A stretch of DNA of 64,000 bases from Octopus sinensis. Taxonomy: Eukaryota. A program made the translations under genes and the position numbers. The notes beneath the pieces were generated by a model. It worked only from the letters and a program-made list of their open reading frames with translations. It was not told the origin of the DNA and searched no databases. How positions within the stretch are numbered: position 1 is the stretch's first letter; every line of letters begins with the position of its first letter. Shown here piece by piece: positions 37,263 through 49,593 of the stretch. The DNA lies in NCBI RefSeq assembly GCF_006345805.1, contig NC_043008.1, positions 6,448,001 to 6,512,000 of the forward strand, read 5' to 3'.

Positions 37263-38157
37263 CAAAATATGCTTCAACACACGAACTCACATAAAGAATC
37301 TTGCAAGGCAAATAAAAAAAATGAAGTAAAAAATAGTGTTACAGAAGAATAAAGCTAATATTAAAAAGTCAATATAAGACTTCAAGCTAATATTAAGACT
37401 CAGTGCTAGACTTCAAGCTTATGATAAACTCTAAGTTAAGGGAATTGAAAAATATAGCCAAGAAAGTATTAGCAGTGTTGTGTAGCCACTACTCCGTAGT
37501 GATATTCAAAGAGTACACACAAAGAGGGTCTAATACAAATAGAAAACTACAACAAATAACAACAGTTGGAGTAGAAAATTACTTAGAAGCAACAAAAGAT
37601 AGATTAATATGTGTAATAAAGAATTCTGCTAAAGAAATAAATGAACTCTTCTTTGCATCTATATTATAATGGAGTATTTGGAAATGAAGTAGAAACTGGA
37701 AAGTAACCACACTGAAGAATAAGATTTACATCATGACAAAACAATAGGAAGAATTCTTGCCAAGTCCAAGTAAATTCACAGACATGATAAAGTTAGCAGT
37801 TATTTTTATTGGGCAATATGCCAACACTTCGATGCATAAAAAGATAAAGTGGTGTAAGCATGTAGCAATCAGAATACATCCAGTGACTTGGAAACAATCA
37901 GCTAAGACAATTCTGTCAATATTGACAAGAAAATCAAATCGAACTGTCCAGATACAATAAGCAGGAACTGAAGCAGAAATGGGTGTCTGTGATAGAGGGA
38001 TCAATCCCTTGTTGACCCAAACACTGCCCAAACACAATGGGGATTAGCTGTGAAAATATAAAGATCTTAGCAACAACAATTGCAGCGTGGAAGGTGTTTA
38101 TAAGCCATTTAAGAAACACACAAAAACTGTTAGATTCACTTCAACATTTAAATTTAA

Positions 38158-38208
38158 TTTGTCAAAATATTTTCGGCGCTTTGAGACCGTGACCTGTTCA
38201 CTGAAAAA
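38158..38208 (-). ncRNA. Decayed minimal type I hammerhead-like motif with G3:C8 core (family H)
   Basis: Minus strand: UUUUUCA-GUGAACA-ggucacggucucaaagcgcc-GAAA-AUAUU-U-UGACAAA; helix I 6 of 7 pairs; palindromic helix III AAUAUU; helix II partly mismatched. Confidence 0.5.
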
Positions 38209-38529
38209 ACTTTGTGCTGCATCTCAGATCAAGTCACTCACTATGCAAGTACATCTGCCATAAAGATCTTGAAACTGGAATAAGCAGCATATGAGGTATG
38301 AAAGTAAAGATAGTACCAATAATAATTGAAGCATGGGATATGAGACTGTTCACACAATAAAGGAATGGAAACAAGTCATACAAGAGCTCTTACGGTTTAG
38401 TTGAGAAGATAACTGCAATAGGCACAACCTACAACCAAGGGTAAGACACTTTCAGTTTAATGTGACATGATCTCTTGTTTATTAGCCACAAGAACTCAAA
38501 AAATAGAAAAAGTAAATGAGTTTCATTGG

Positions 38530-38850
38530 GGATTAAAAAGAAGAGGAATTGTACCTTATTTACATTATTTACATTCAACAGATATTTGCCCTCATCTTTT
38601 TTGTTGTTAACACAATGTTTCGGCTGATTTACTCTCCAGCCTTCATCAGGTGTCCTCGTAGAATTTGCACCCAACCCTGGGTTCTCATTCCTAAGGTATT
38701 TTTTTTTTGCTGATGTTATTATTATTATTGTCGTCGTCATCGTCGTCGTCATCATTATTATTATTATTAATTTTTCAAGACACTGCCTGGAATTGAACTC
38801 GCAATCTTGGGGTTAGTAACCTGCACTCTTAACCATTATGCTATATGCCC
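38530..38850 (-). mobile_element. Family E copy, left arm of head-to-head fold-back; hammerhead at 38609-38654
   Basis: Minus strand: tRNA-like head, (AAT/GAC)n, GACAC-CUGAUGA-A-GGCUG/CAGCC-GAAA-CAU-U-GUGUU. Confidence 0.85.
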
Positions 38851-39157
38851 CTGGTTAAGAGCATGGACTACTAACCCCAAGATTCTGAGCTCAATTCCAG
38901 GCAGTACCTTGAATAAATAATAATAATAATAATAATGATAATAATAATAATAATAATAATTGTAAAAACAACATCAGCAAAAAAATACCTAAGGAATGAG
39001 AACCAGTGTTGGGTTCAAAATTCTACCAGGACACCTGATGAAGTTCAGAGAGTAAATCAGCTGAAACGTTGTGTTAACATCAAACAAGATGAGGATAGAT
39101 ATCCGTTCTGTCCAATGTAAATAATGTACAGAATTCCTCATCTCAAAAATACAGAAC
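38851..39157 (+). mobile_element. Family E copy, right arm of fold-back, 5'-clipped head; hammerhead remnant 39030-39075
   Basis: tggttaagagc...aattccaggcagt, (AAT)n, gacacctgatgaa...gaaacgttgtgtt, terminus aattcctcatctc. Confidence 0.85.
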
Positions 39158-40191
39158 AAGAGAAACTGTGTATTGTGAAAAAGACAAAGGGGTGGTTGAG
39201 AGGCATACAGTGTATGGAAAGATGTAAAGAGAATATTAAATAGACACATGTTCATATATATGCGCACACATATACATATATATATATCCATACATATTCA
39301 CACACACATGTATACATATTTACATATATTTGCATAGAAATAAAGAAATTTAAAAATCACAATAATAAAAAAGAAAACAAAGAAATATAATTGAAGAAAA
39401 TAAAACATGAAACATTACTGGTTACACTGTACTCCACCTCCACAACCCCATTCTCTTAATCATTTCTCAAACTGTTTTTGGGTGCAACAGAATGCACCAA
39501 TAAGCATTTTAAAAGTAATTTGGTGTCAACACCCCCTGCCTCACCCCCCAAAAGTCATCAGCAACTTGAGGGTAATCTCTTTTAAGTTTGGTGTAATGTC
39601 TTAATTTTCTTTTTACTAATAAACTATTCTTATTTGTTGTACATTCTGAACTTTACTGTTTTTATGTCATTCTAACTTCTTCAGAAAGTCTGTGGCACCA
39701 CAGATGTGTAAATTTGTCTATTAACTTTTTTGTTTGATTTTCAAAGAAACTCTTGGTTCATCTTCTTGGTTTCCATTTCCTTCTTTATTTCCTGAGGCCA
39801 GATTTCATTGTCATTTACAAAAATTTCTCTTCTTTCACTTATTTGATGTTCAGCTTTTGTTTGAAGTTTTCTTTCATATTTTTACTAACTGCTTCTTAGT
39901 TTCCATTTGTAATTATTATTTATTTGTCATCACACAATGAAAATGTGGTACTATAGGTTGGAGCTGTTAAGTGATGAGATGTTTTCTCATCTATTTCTGA
40001 TACTGGTCATAAAAGTATTACACTTGCCATCTCCAGAGTTTTGGTTGGTGCTGCTCTGGAATTTGGTGTCTATTGTTTATTTTCATCTCATTTTTTTTCA
40101 TAATTTTTCCAGTTTTTTTTTTTCTGGCATTTATTTACCTCAAAAGTAAAATTTACTCTGACAAATATGATAACAAGGTTTCTACAGTCCA

Positions 40192-40283
40192 AGACACTTG
40201 CCAAAGGTGCCACGCAGTGGGACTGAACCCAAAATCATGTGGTTGGTAAGCAAGCTACTTACCACACAGCCACTCCTGTGCAT
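40192..40283 (-). mobile_element. SINE family B 5' fragment
   Basis: Reverse complement of the family B head. Confidence 0.8.
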
Positions 40284-40923
40284 TTATATAAGTATATGCC
40301 AGCTTTTGTGCATTTGTTTTTAGAAAATTTAAATTGTGAAAATTCCACCAAAGAAGTAAACATAATCCTCACACACTGGAATTCTTATACAATTACACAT
40401 ACACACACACACACATCCATATTCACACACATATACGCAACTATACTCATAGAGGAGCACACACATACACAAAATGAATGCACATTCTCACACACATCCC
40501 AAACACACACATATACACACACACTAACACAGAATTTTTCTGTGAATAACAGCCATTGCATGAGGCATGTACATGAATCTGTGTGTCAGAATGCAGAGTA
40601 AGAATTCCCATAATTACTTAATCAACTAATTGTCATAATAAGCATTAAATGCTATTAATCAACACTTGTGTTTAACGAGTGGATTTAGACTTAAAAGTCT
40701 CATAATTAATAGCTGCATTCATTATTACACGTATGTAGAATAAAGGACAGGAAATATGTGCTAAAAAGAATTTTCGTACACTCAGAAACACGACCCTGTG
40801 GGCATGAACCAATGTAAAAGACTGTAATCACTCAACATGCTAGAAATAGCAGTCAAACATTGAAATCATATACTATCATCTTAAAAAAAAATTGGAAGAC
40901 ACATTTGATAACATCCCTCATAT

Positions 40924-41710
40924 ACAGGGTGGCTCACGAAAAAGAAGCTCAGATTCCGTTACATAGAGTGAATATATATAATTAAATTTATACTACACTC
41001 ATGGAGTGGTTGGCGTTAGGAAGGGCATCCAGCTGTAGAAGCACTGCCAGATCAGATTGGAGCCTGGTGCAGCCTCCTGGCTTCCCAAACCCCCGTTGAA
41101 CTGTCCAACCCATGCTAGCACGGAAAACGGACGTTAAACGATGATGATGATGATGATGAAATTTATGTTCATGGAAAAGTACCCAGCCTTTCATTTCCAA
41201 GTGTCATTGTATTATTTTGACTGCTTGTAACTGTTGAACAAGGATGGAGCACTAGTTGACTGTTTGCTACGTTATCCTCACTGCATCCTCATCACATTAG
41301 TTGAAGGTAAGATTGCATTGAATGAACATCTCTAGCTTTTTCTGCAAGATGATATTCTCAATAGTGGAAAGAATGGAGATTGTGGAAGTGTATGTGAGAA
41401 CGGATTCTGTAAAGCAGACGCATAAAGTCTTTGAAGTCAAGTCTCTGAGTAAAGGCTTTCTAGCAAGGAGAATAATATAATGTTGGTTAAGGGACTACAG
41501 GGTCAGTGCACAATACCCCAAAACAAGGAGACCCTACAGTCTAAATACTGGGAGTTATTCAGGACATTTGCTGAAATATTACTCAAAATGTGAAGAAGAT
41601 AACATGGCAATTGGCACATCAGTTTCACATATGCAGGTTAAACCAATGGGTGTTGAAAAATCTAAAGTTGAAGCCATATCATTTCACATGTGTACAACAA
41701 TTAAAAGTCT
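40924..41710 (+). mobile_element. Tc1/mariner DD41D (rosa-type) transposon 5' remnant, interrupted by a family C copy
   Basis: TA-cagggtg TIR start; decayed N-terminus MIFSIVERMEIVEVYVRTDSVKQTHKVF... and LKLKPYHFTCVQQLK. Confidence 0.65.
40992..41158 (+). mobile_element. Family C copy nested in the DD41D remnant
   Basis: gagtggttggcgttaggaagggcatccagctg...ggacgttaaacgatgatgatg. Confidence 0.85.
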
Positions 41711-42263
41711 ACTTTTTCAATCAAAATAACACAAGGACACTTCCAACTGAAGGACTGGATATGTTATTTCTGTACTTACATCATGCTACTTTTCCATCTG
41801 ATACCCTTCTTATATGAGTAAGGAGTTGGATAGCTAATGGCTGAAATGGTTTTTATCATAGGTTTGCTGGATCAGGGTTCAACAGAAAGAACAATTGTAT
41901 AAGATGAAAACTACCTGTGTTTAAAATACACAGGTTATATTCCAGCATTGCTCTTATGCTTAACTTTTCTCTCAAGATGTTTACACTCTGTCGAACACAC
42001 ACACTTACATTGCACAATCAACGAAGCATACTGGCTTTATTTCTCTCAAGCCTATGCATGTCCTTGGCTGTTATAGCCCATGTTACACTGCCATGCAGCA
42101 TAGCTGTCCATACCCAGGCATCATACAATCTGCCTTTCACTCTGAGAGAGAGGCCCTTTATTGCCAGCAGAGGTATCAGTCTATCCATCTCTGTCTGTCT
42201 ATATTATCTCTCTATCTATCTTTCTGTCTGTCTATCCATCCGTCTATTTATATTATCTATATC

Positions 42264-42264
<1 letters not shown>

Positions 42265-42347
<83 letters not shown>

Positions 42348-42382
42348 GTCAATCGTTCAGTCTATCTATCTATCTATCTACC
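42265..42382. repeat. (TATC)n microsatellite
   Basis: Direct reading. Confidence 0.95.
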
Positions 42383-42901
42383 TATGACGTTACATAAGCA
42401 CACAGATTAATAGACCAATATAATTTGATAAGATAAGCATCTGCAAGCATGTACGTATGCAGTGTATTTCTTGATACTCACAAAGGGCAATATATATATA
42501 ATTCTTCAAAAAATATAGACAATGAAGAATTATAAAAAACACCCAAATGTCTGTTGATGTCAGTAGCTGTCATTACTTGTCAAAATTCATGTTTTTCTTA
42601 TTTTTTTCTTTCAATAGCTAATGTTTATCGGTTTTCATTACTTTTTTCTGATTCATTGTTCAAAGTAACAATTCCAGCATTTAGTCATATTGTACATAAG
42701 AAACAAACAAAACCAACAATGCTAATGTATTCCCTCCTCTTCCTACTCTCTTGGAGAGTTCTTTCTTTTTCCCAACATTTGTGTGAGAATCGTTAATGTT
42801 ATCAACTTATCACCACCAAAGCCATTGCAAGTCGATCACTTGGATTGGTTGTGAAACATTGAAAACTTCTCTACGTTCACAAAGTCAGCAACAGCAGTGA
42901 A

Positions 42902-43266
42902 GGCGCAATGGCCCAATGGTTAGGGCAGTGGACTCGCGGTTGGAGGATCGCGGTTTCGATTCCCAGACCGTGTGTTTATTGAGTGAAAACACCTAAAGCT
43001 CCATGAGGCTCTGGCAGGGGGTGGTGGCGACCTCTGTTGTACTCTTTTGCTCCAACTTTCTCTCACACTTCCTTACTGTTTCTTGTCCCTGACATCCTAT
43101 GCAACCGCTGAGCCTGGATGCGCATTCATCCATCCGTCAATGCTCTCGGCGTCGGAGGTTGACCTGCTTTCTCTTCTGCAGGGTCTTACGAATAGCAAAG
43201 GACCATGTTTCGGACTTCTTCCACTGGACGAAGATCGCTACGCTCAACAGCAACAGCAACAGCATC
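42902..43266 (+). mobile_element. tRNA-derived SINE family O with (CAACAG)n tail
   Basis: ggcgcaatggcccaatggttagggc A box; gtttcgattccc B box; GC-rich body; short tandem tail. Confidence 0.75.
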
Positions 43267-44219
43267 ATTATGTGCAGTGGAAGAACTGTCTTAGACTATC
43301 GTTCTTTGAGTATTACTGGTGCTGTGGCAGGCAGCAGAAGGCTTCATGTTTGTTTCTTTTTCTTTTTTCTTTCAATCTCTCTCTCTCTTTTTAACAGCCT
43401 ACCTATATTTCTAGCTATTGTCTGTCTATAAAACTCTCCTACACATGTACGCATATGTGTGTGTGTGTGTGTGCGCATCAATCAACTTATAAATACCAAA
43501 TTAAAGTGCATACATGCACTTACCCCTGTGTGTATGTATGTATATATACATATATATATATATATGAAAATATATGAAAAAAAGAAAAAGACTGGAGATG
43601 GCATTTTTGTGCTAGATGCCAATATGAGAGTTTCTCTCATGGAATCTAGCGCAGTATAGTTTGTTCTAATAGAACATCCACGTTTTAGTATGGATAGATA
43701 TTATCTCTTGGTATTAATAATTTCCCCTTTTCTCTTGCCAACATCTTATCCAATGCTGTAATCATAGAAGTTTGAATGAATGGATTCAGCCAAGCCTAAA
43801 ACAGAAGATGAGAACTGAGATTTAATCTCACACCTAAAGGAATCTCTCTGCTCTTGATTCTGGGCATTATTTTACTTTTCTTCTCAGAACATTCTTACAA
43901 AAATCTTGAAGTTTGATTGATGAGCTTTTACATTCTTCCACAAACTCTCTCTAAAACAATAAAGAATAACAGCTTCTTTTAAATATGTTTCATCTGTTTA
44001 AATTTAATGTTGGATCTTAAAACTTTATGAAGATAAATTGAAGAGAAATAGATTTTAACAAAATAAAATTCTTCATGTATATATATATATGAAGAGTTTT
44101 ATTTTATATATGTATGTATGTATGTATGTAGGTATGCATGCATGCATGTATGTATGTATGTATGTATGTATGTATGTATGTATGTATGTATGTATGTATG
44201 TATGTATGTATGTATGTAT

Positions 44220-44420
44220 GCATCATTATCATTATTATTCAGCTTCTGTGTTCCATGCTGGCGGGTTGGGTGGCTGGTTTAACAGAATCCAATGAATTGG
44301 AGGACTTCAATGTGCCACAGAGTCCACTTTTGCATGATATCCATAGGTGGATATCATTCCTTACACCAACCACTTTACTCAATGTACTGGAAGCCTTTTG
44401 CATGGCACGGGCCCTAGTAT
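44220..44420 (-). mobile_element. Family C copy, strongly diverged
   Basis: gtgttccatgctggcgggttgg...ggtggatatcattccttacaccaacc. Confidence 0.6.
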
Positions 44421-45871
44421 AACTAAGGGGCTGAAGTGGATGCTATAACTGAAGAGGAATAGAAAAGGAAATGTGTGGTGATTTTAGTCAGGGCGATGAG
44501 GGTGGGTAAAGTAAGATGAGGGGAGAAAATTTATTGTTATGAAAGGGTGGTTAGTGGACACTATAGCAGGAGAAATGATTAATATTAGGGGCTATTGAGA
44601 AAGGAAGGGACAGAGTAGAAATGTGTTAAGGTGGGTTGTGTAAGGAAAGGGGTCCAGTGTTATCTTACATTATGAGGTATGAATAAAAGGTGTGTTGGAA
44701 AAGGGACATGGACAAGGGTGCCTAGGAATCCTGATAGAGTCATTGAAGGAAAGAGAAGTGTTGGGGTCAGCCAGAGGAGAAAATATGAAAGTGTGAGGGT
44801 GGGGGGAAAATATGTGAGAAAATGAGAAAATCGATAGAGAAGCTGTGTCATTATTGTACACGGAATCTATCAAAACCCCAAACCCAGAGAGGCCACAGGT
44901 ACATAGGTGACCTCCTCTCTTTCATTTTTCTCACTTATCAGGGAATGGTTCTTGACCAACCTTGCATTGCATCTGCATTTCATAACATCCTCATAGTTTG
45001 GGATTTAAAGAATCATAGATCTCCTGTCCTAGTGGCAGCTATCGTCATTCCCAAGTAATTCACTCACTGACTTCCCTGTGAGATAGGCTGTTTCACTATA
45101 TTACGTTTCGTTTTTAATTCTGCTGGCTTTCACTTATTCTCCTGGCCCCGTAAATTGTGCGCTTGGTCCCAGTTCATGCCGTAAAGTAGTTGATGGTAGG
45201 AAGTACAGAAAACTGTGAAAACTATGACAAAAATGGATGCATCAAATGAAGATGATTTGGATTCAGTAAGCCTCATCCCAGGTAAACTATCATAGAGGGA
45301 CAGTAAATCAAAAAAAAAAAAAAGGGGGGGGGGAAGAAAAAAAGAACTGATAGTGTGTAGTGGGAAATCTTTAGTCTTATTAGTGGAATGAACCCTGCCC
45401 TAAAGACAAAAGTATGACACAAACATCAAATCAAAACCTGGAAAGGGTTAAGGACATTAAAGACATCTAAAGGAAAGAATCAGACCCAAAATGGAAATAA
45501 TGAATAAAAGAGATGTGAATAGTCTAAGCCACTGGAACATAAACAAATGGTAAAGCAAGTCTTTAGGTTTGTCCCCAAATACCTCTTGATGCCCCCCATG
45601 CACACATACATGTGGTGCAAAGGGAACATGTTGATGACAAAAAGAGGAGGGGGCTTGTTAAAATTTTTCCTTCTGTGCAAATGACACAACCAGATAACTT
45701 ATTGTAGAAGTCTAACGATGTACAAACATTCTGTGCAAAAATCTGGTTGTTATTGCCCTCAAGATGAAGAGATCAAGTTTTACTGTCCTTTTTTGCTCAG
45801 ACATGCATTTTATTTCTAGCAACCATAGCAAGGAATTGCTTTACAACATGGCTAAAAATAATTTCTTCCCT

Positions 45872-46145
45872 GCATGCATACATACATACATACATACATA
45901 CATACATACATGCATACATACACACACATATATATATATACATATATATATACATACATATATGTATATATGATACATATATATACACATAAATATATAT
46001 ATATACACACACATATATATACATACATATAATATATACATACATATACATATATATAATATATACATACATATATATAAATATATATATATATATATAC
46101 ACACATACATACACACATACATACATACATACATACATACATACA

Positions 46146-46181
<36 letters not shown>

Positions 46182-46206
46182 TACACACATGCATATATAT
46201 ATATAT

Positions 46207-46261
<55 letters not shown>

Positions 46262-46302
46262 CACACAAACATACATATACATACACAGACACACACATAT
46301 AT
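45872..46302. repeat. CATA/TA/CA microsatellite mosaic
   Basis: Direct reading. Confidence 0.95.
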
Positions 46303-47558
46303 TAATGAAGAGAAATTCAAAGTGGGTGGTTGAAATGTAAAAGAAATTAATTCAATGTTACAAGAAGAGAAGGTTTATTAAACTTATTGTTTTCTTATTA
46401 CATGGCCAGATGTTTTAACACTTGAGTGTGTGTCTGTGCATTTGCGTGTGTGTGTGTGTGCATGGTTGCTGTTTGTGAGATTTACTTTGGTGTAGAATGA
46501 GAAAGTTGAAGAGTATTAATATCAGAACACGTGTCTAGGCCAGCATGTGTTTATATAACGAAAAGCATGTCTATAATTATCGTGTTGCAAAGGGGATCAG
46601 ATAAATTTGTTTTACATGATATAACTTTGTACAAAAGGGGGAATATTTTCAAAATTGAGAATAAACACAGAAAGACAAGAACGAAGCATCTATTGCTCCA
46701 AGTTGTACAATTCTAAATTGAAATATGAACTACTCCACATAGCAGCAAATCTTTTTTTTTTGCTTTCTACGTTTTTGAAACCAACTCTGCCAGCACCATC
46801 AGCTCTTAGTTTACAGAATTACATTGAAAATCCAGAAACTCTTATATCTCAGCAAAACCTGATTATAGCCTAACGGAATGTTCTAGTTCTAACTGAGAAA
46901 TGTACTGATGTTACAGCATTCAAAGAGGACTCTGCTTTCTATTAACCAAACTTTTTTTAAGACAGCGTTTTGTTTATTGTATATATATATGTATGCCTGT
47001 GTGTAAACACGTGTGTATGTGTATTTTTGTGTGTTAGAGTAGTTGTAGATGATTGCTGAGATGGTAAATAACAAGCAAAATAAATAAATAAATGTCGAAG
47101 CAAACAAGAAGTTGAGAATCAGAAGAAGACGTTTGCTATTTGATTGTGTAATTTAATATTTAATGGTGAGTGTGAAAGCAAATATATCATTCAAAGATGC
47201 CAAATCTTCACATATTGAACTTGGGAATTCTTACTTTGTACTTTATTTATTTAGATTTCTCTTTGACGAGCTCCACAAAGAATGCTGGAGACTCTTGACT
47301 TCCAGTTCTAAAAGGGTTTTGTAGAGAAAATAAATGCAGGTAGTCACACAATTGCATAAAGTTTACAGGAAATACTATGCAAGATTATAGAATAATAAAT
47401 AAAAGCATATGTAGATATTCTTTCATTTATGTATGCTATTTTCCGATGGATGACTCACATATTTATATACTATACAAGGCTGTGTAAAACTGAGCGTTAC
47501 ATAATACTTACATGTGGAATACAAATATAAAACTAACATTTAACGATTCATTTTGTAA

Positions 47559-47902
47559 TACTCTTTTACTCTCTTTTACTTGTTTCAGTCATTTGACTGC
47601 GGCCATGCTGGAGCACTGCCTTTAGTCGAGCAAATCAACCCCGGGACTTATTCTTTGTAAGCCCAGTACTTATTCTATCGGTCTCTTTTGCCGAACCGCT
47701 AAGTGACGGGGACGTAAACAAACCAGCATCGGCTGTCAAGCAATGCTAGGGGGACAACCACAGACACACAAACACACACATACATATATATATATATACA
47801 TATATATGACAGGCTTCTTTACAGTTTCCGTCTACCAAATCCACTCACAAGGCATTGGTCGGCCCGGGGCTATAGCAGAAGACACTTGCCCAAGATGCCA
47901 CA
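47559..47902 (-). mobile_element. SINE family B, 5'-truncated, little diverged
   Basis: Reverse complement of family B. Confidence 0.9.
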
Positions 47903-48484
47903 TATCTTTCATAAAACAGTTTATCTATACAAGTGCATGTATGTGTATGCACATATCTATATATATGTATATATATATATAAGTGTATGTGTGTGTGGTT
48001 AGTCCACATTACTCTGTAAAGAACATAGTGCTGGTTTCCCAGCTTCTTTGGCATATATATTCCTTCCTGGACAAGGTGCCAGTCTGTTGTGAGATTACAT
48101 GGTTATTTTTACCAGCTGAGTGCCACAATCTTTTGATCATGAGTCCAACACCCAAGCCACTAACCCCTGTGCCTCCACATGTACATATAATAACAATAAC
48201 GAGGATTATTACAAAGTGGCATAGCATTACCTTTAATTCTTTTTATACATACATATATATATATATATACAGCTTCACATACAACTGCACCGATTAGTAA
48301 CCATTGCAGTTACATCCCTACTATAATACCGATGCAGTTTCTTCAGGGTCTTTACTTAATATCCTTCAATTTGACTGTTTAAAGTTTTTTCATTTATCTA
48401 CTCTGCATCGTGTGATGTAGAGTTGTCCGTTAAGTTAGACACTAACAATCTCTAATTCAAATTTTGATTGACATGCATGCATGC

Positions 48485-48515
<31 letters not shown>

Positions 48516-48561
48516 CATATATATATGTGTATATACATATATATATATATATATATGTGTG

Positions 48562-48616
<55 letters not shown>

Positions 48617-49238
48617 ATTATTTTTACTTTATGTTATTACCTTGATGCTTATTTATGAATGCACTATACCACTTGATATTGTTGTAAACAGTTATATATA
48701 TATATATATATATATATACATACATAAACAGTAATATATATATATACATACTTATATATTCTTAAATTAAAAACTATTAATTAATTAAAATATTTCTTTA
48801 AAAACAGATTAATATAGAGCTTTTAGAAAGGGCAAATAACCTTAAAAACCTTTTATTTGCTGTTGTTGTTTTTAATAAATATAATTGAAATTAAGCAGTA
48901 TGAAACATGGCCGTGCTACTCTAAATATTTGTTCAGTCGGAAAGTTTTGATTAGTATCTTAGTATCTACAACATGCAACATATTCCAGATGAAAACGGTT
49001 CACAACAGATCATTTCTAGATATGTTACTGATAGAACAACAAAAATTTGGAAAGAAAGGCAGGAAAAGAAAAAAAAAAAAAGACAAGCAGAAATGTTAGC
49101 AGTCAGTTGAATCGATAATGATGAAAGTAAGTTATTTGAGAAGTTTGAGTAAAAGAGTTGAGATTACCAGCAGCAAGTCCATGTAGGAAAGGGGTGTAAT
49201 TTTATCACAAACTGCAGATAAATTAAAGAGTAGATTGA

Positions 49239-49268
49239 ACTCACCTGCAAAAGAGAGAAAGATAAAAA
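49239..49268 (-). promoter_or_regulatory. Candidate recursive splice site (3' splice site fused to 5' splice site)
   Basis: Minus strand ttttatctttctctcttttgCAG|GTGAGT; junction between 49245 and 49244. Confidence 0.35.
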
Positions 49269-49354
49269 TCATGATATAAGCAGTTTTTAAGCGAATCAAG
49301 TCTCATAAGAAAATCTATCACGTAATTGCATTGTTATAAGAATGCTTTTGTTAC

Positions 49355-49385
<31 letters not shown>

Positions 49386-49551
49386 TTTTTTTTTACTTTT
49401 AATCTGTAACTTTGTTATAGTCATTTGCCGAGACACAACCAGCATCCTGGGGCAAGTAAAGGATAAGAGATGCTACAGTATGAATGAAAGCTTGGGGAGG
49501 GGAGGTAGTGAAATATCTTCATGTAATACAACACTATTATTATCATTATTA

Positions 49552-49593
<42 letters not shown>

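Larger units (their letters stand above)
35195..38100 (+). mobile_element. Fragmented R4/Dong-like (restriction-like endonuclease) LINE fossil with nested SINE/MITE insertions
   Basis: Frame-broken translations in the expected order: FYRDIK..EYWKGI (35250-310); LMGKEQKQC...GCVEQQLLV...KKRKKN (36075-190); INHIISVDGL (decayed YMDD region, ~36845); GLIQIENY..TTVGVENYLE (37525-590); RHDKVSSYFYWAIC, DKKIKSNCPDTI and IEGSIP...KYKDL (37780-38070). Motif assignment is from recall of the clade. Confidence 0.7.

Noticed and set aside
44430-45060. Purine-rich block, possibly a minus-strand LINE endonuclease remnant
   Set aside because: No clear motif recovered.
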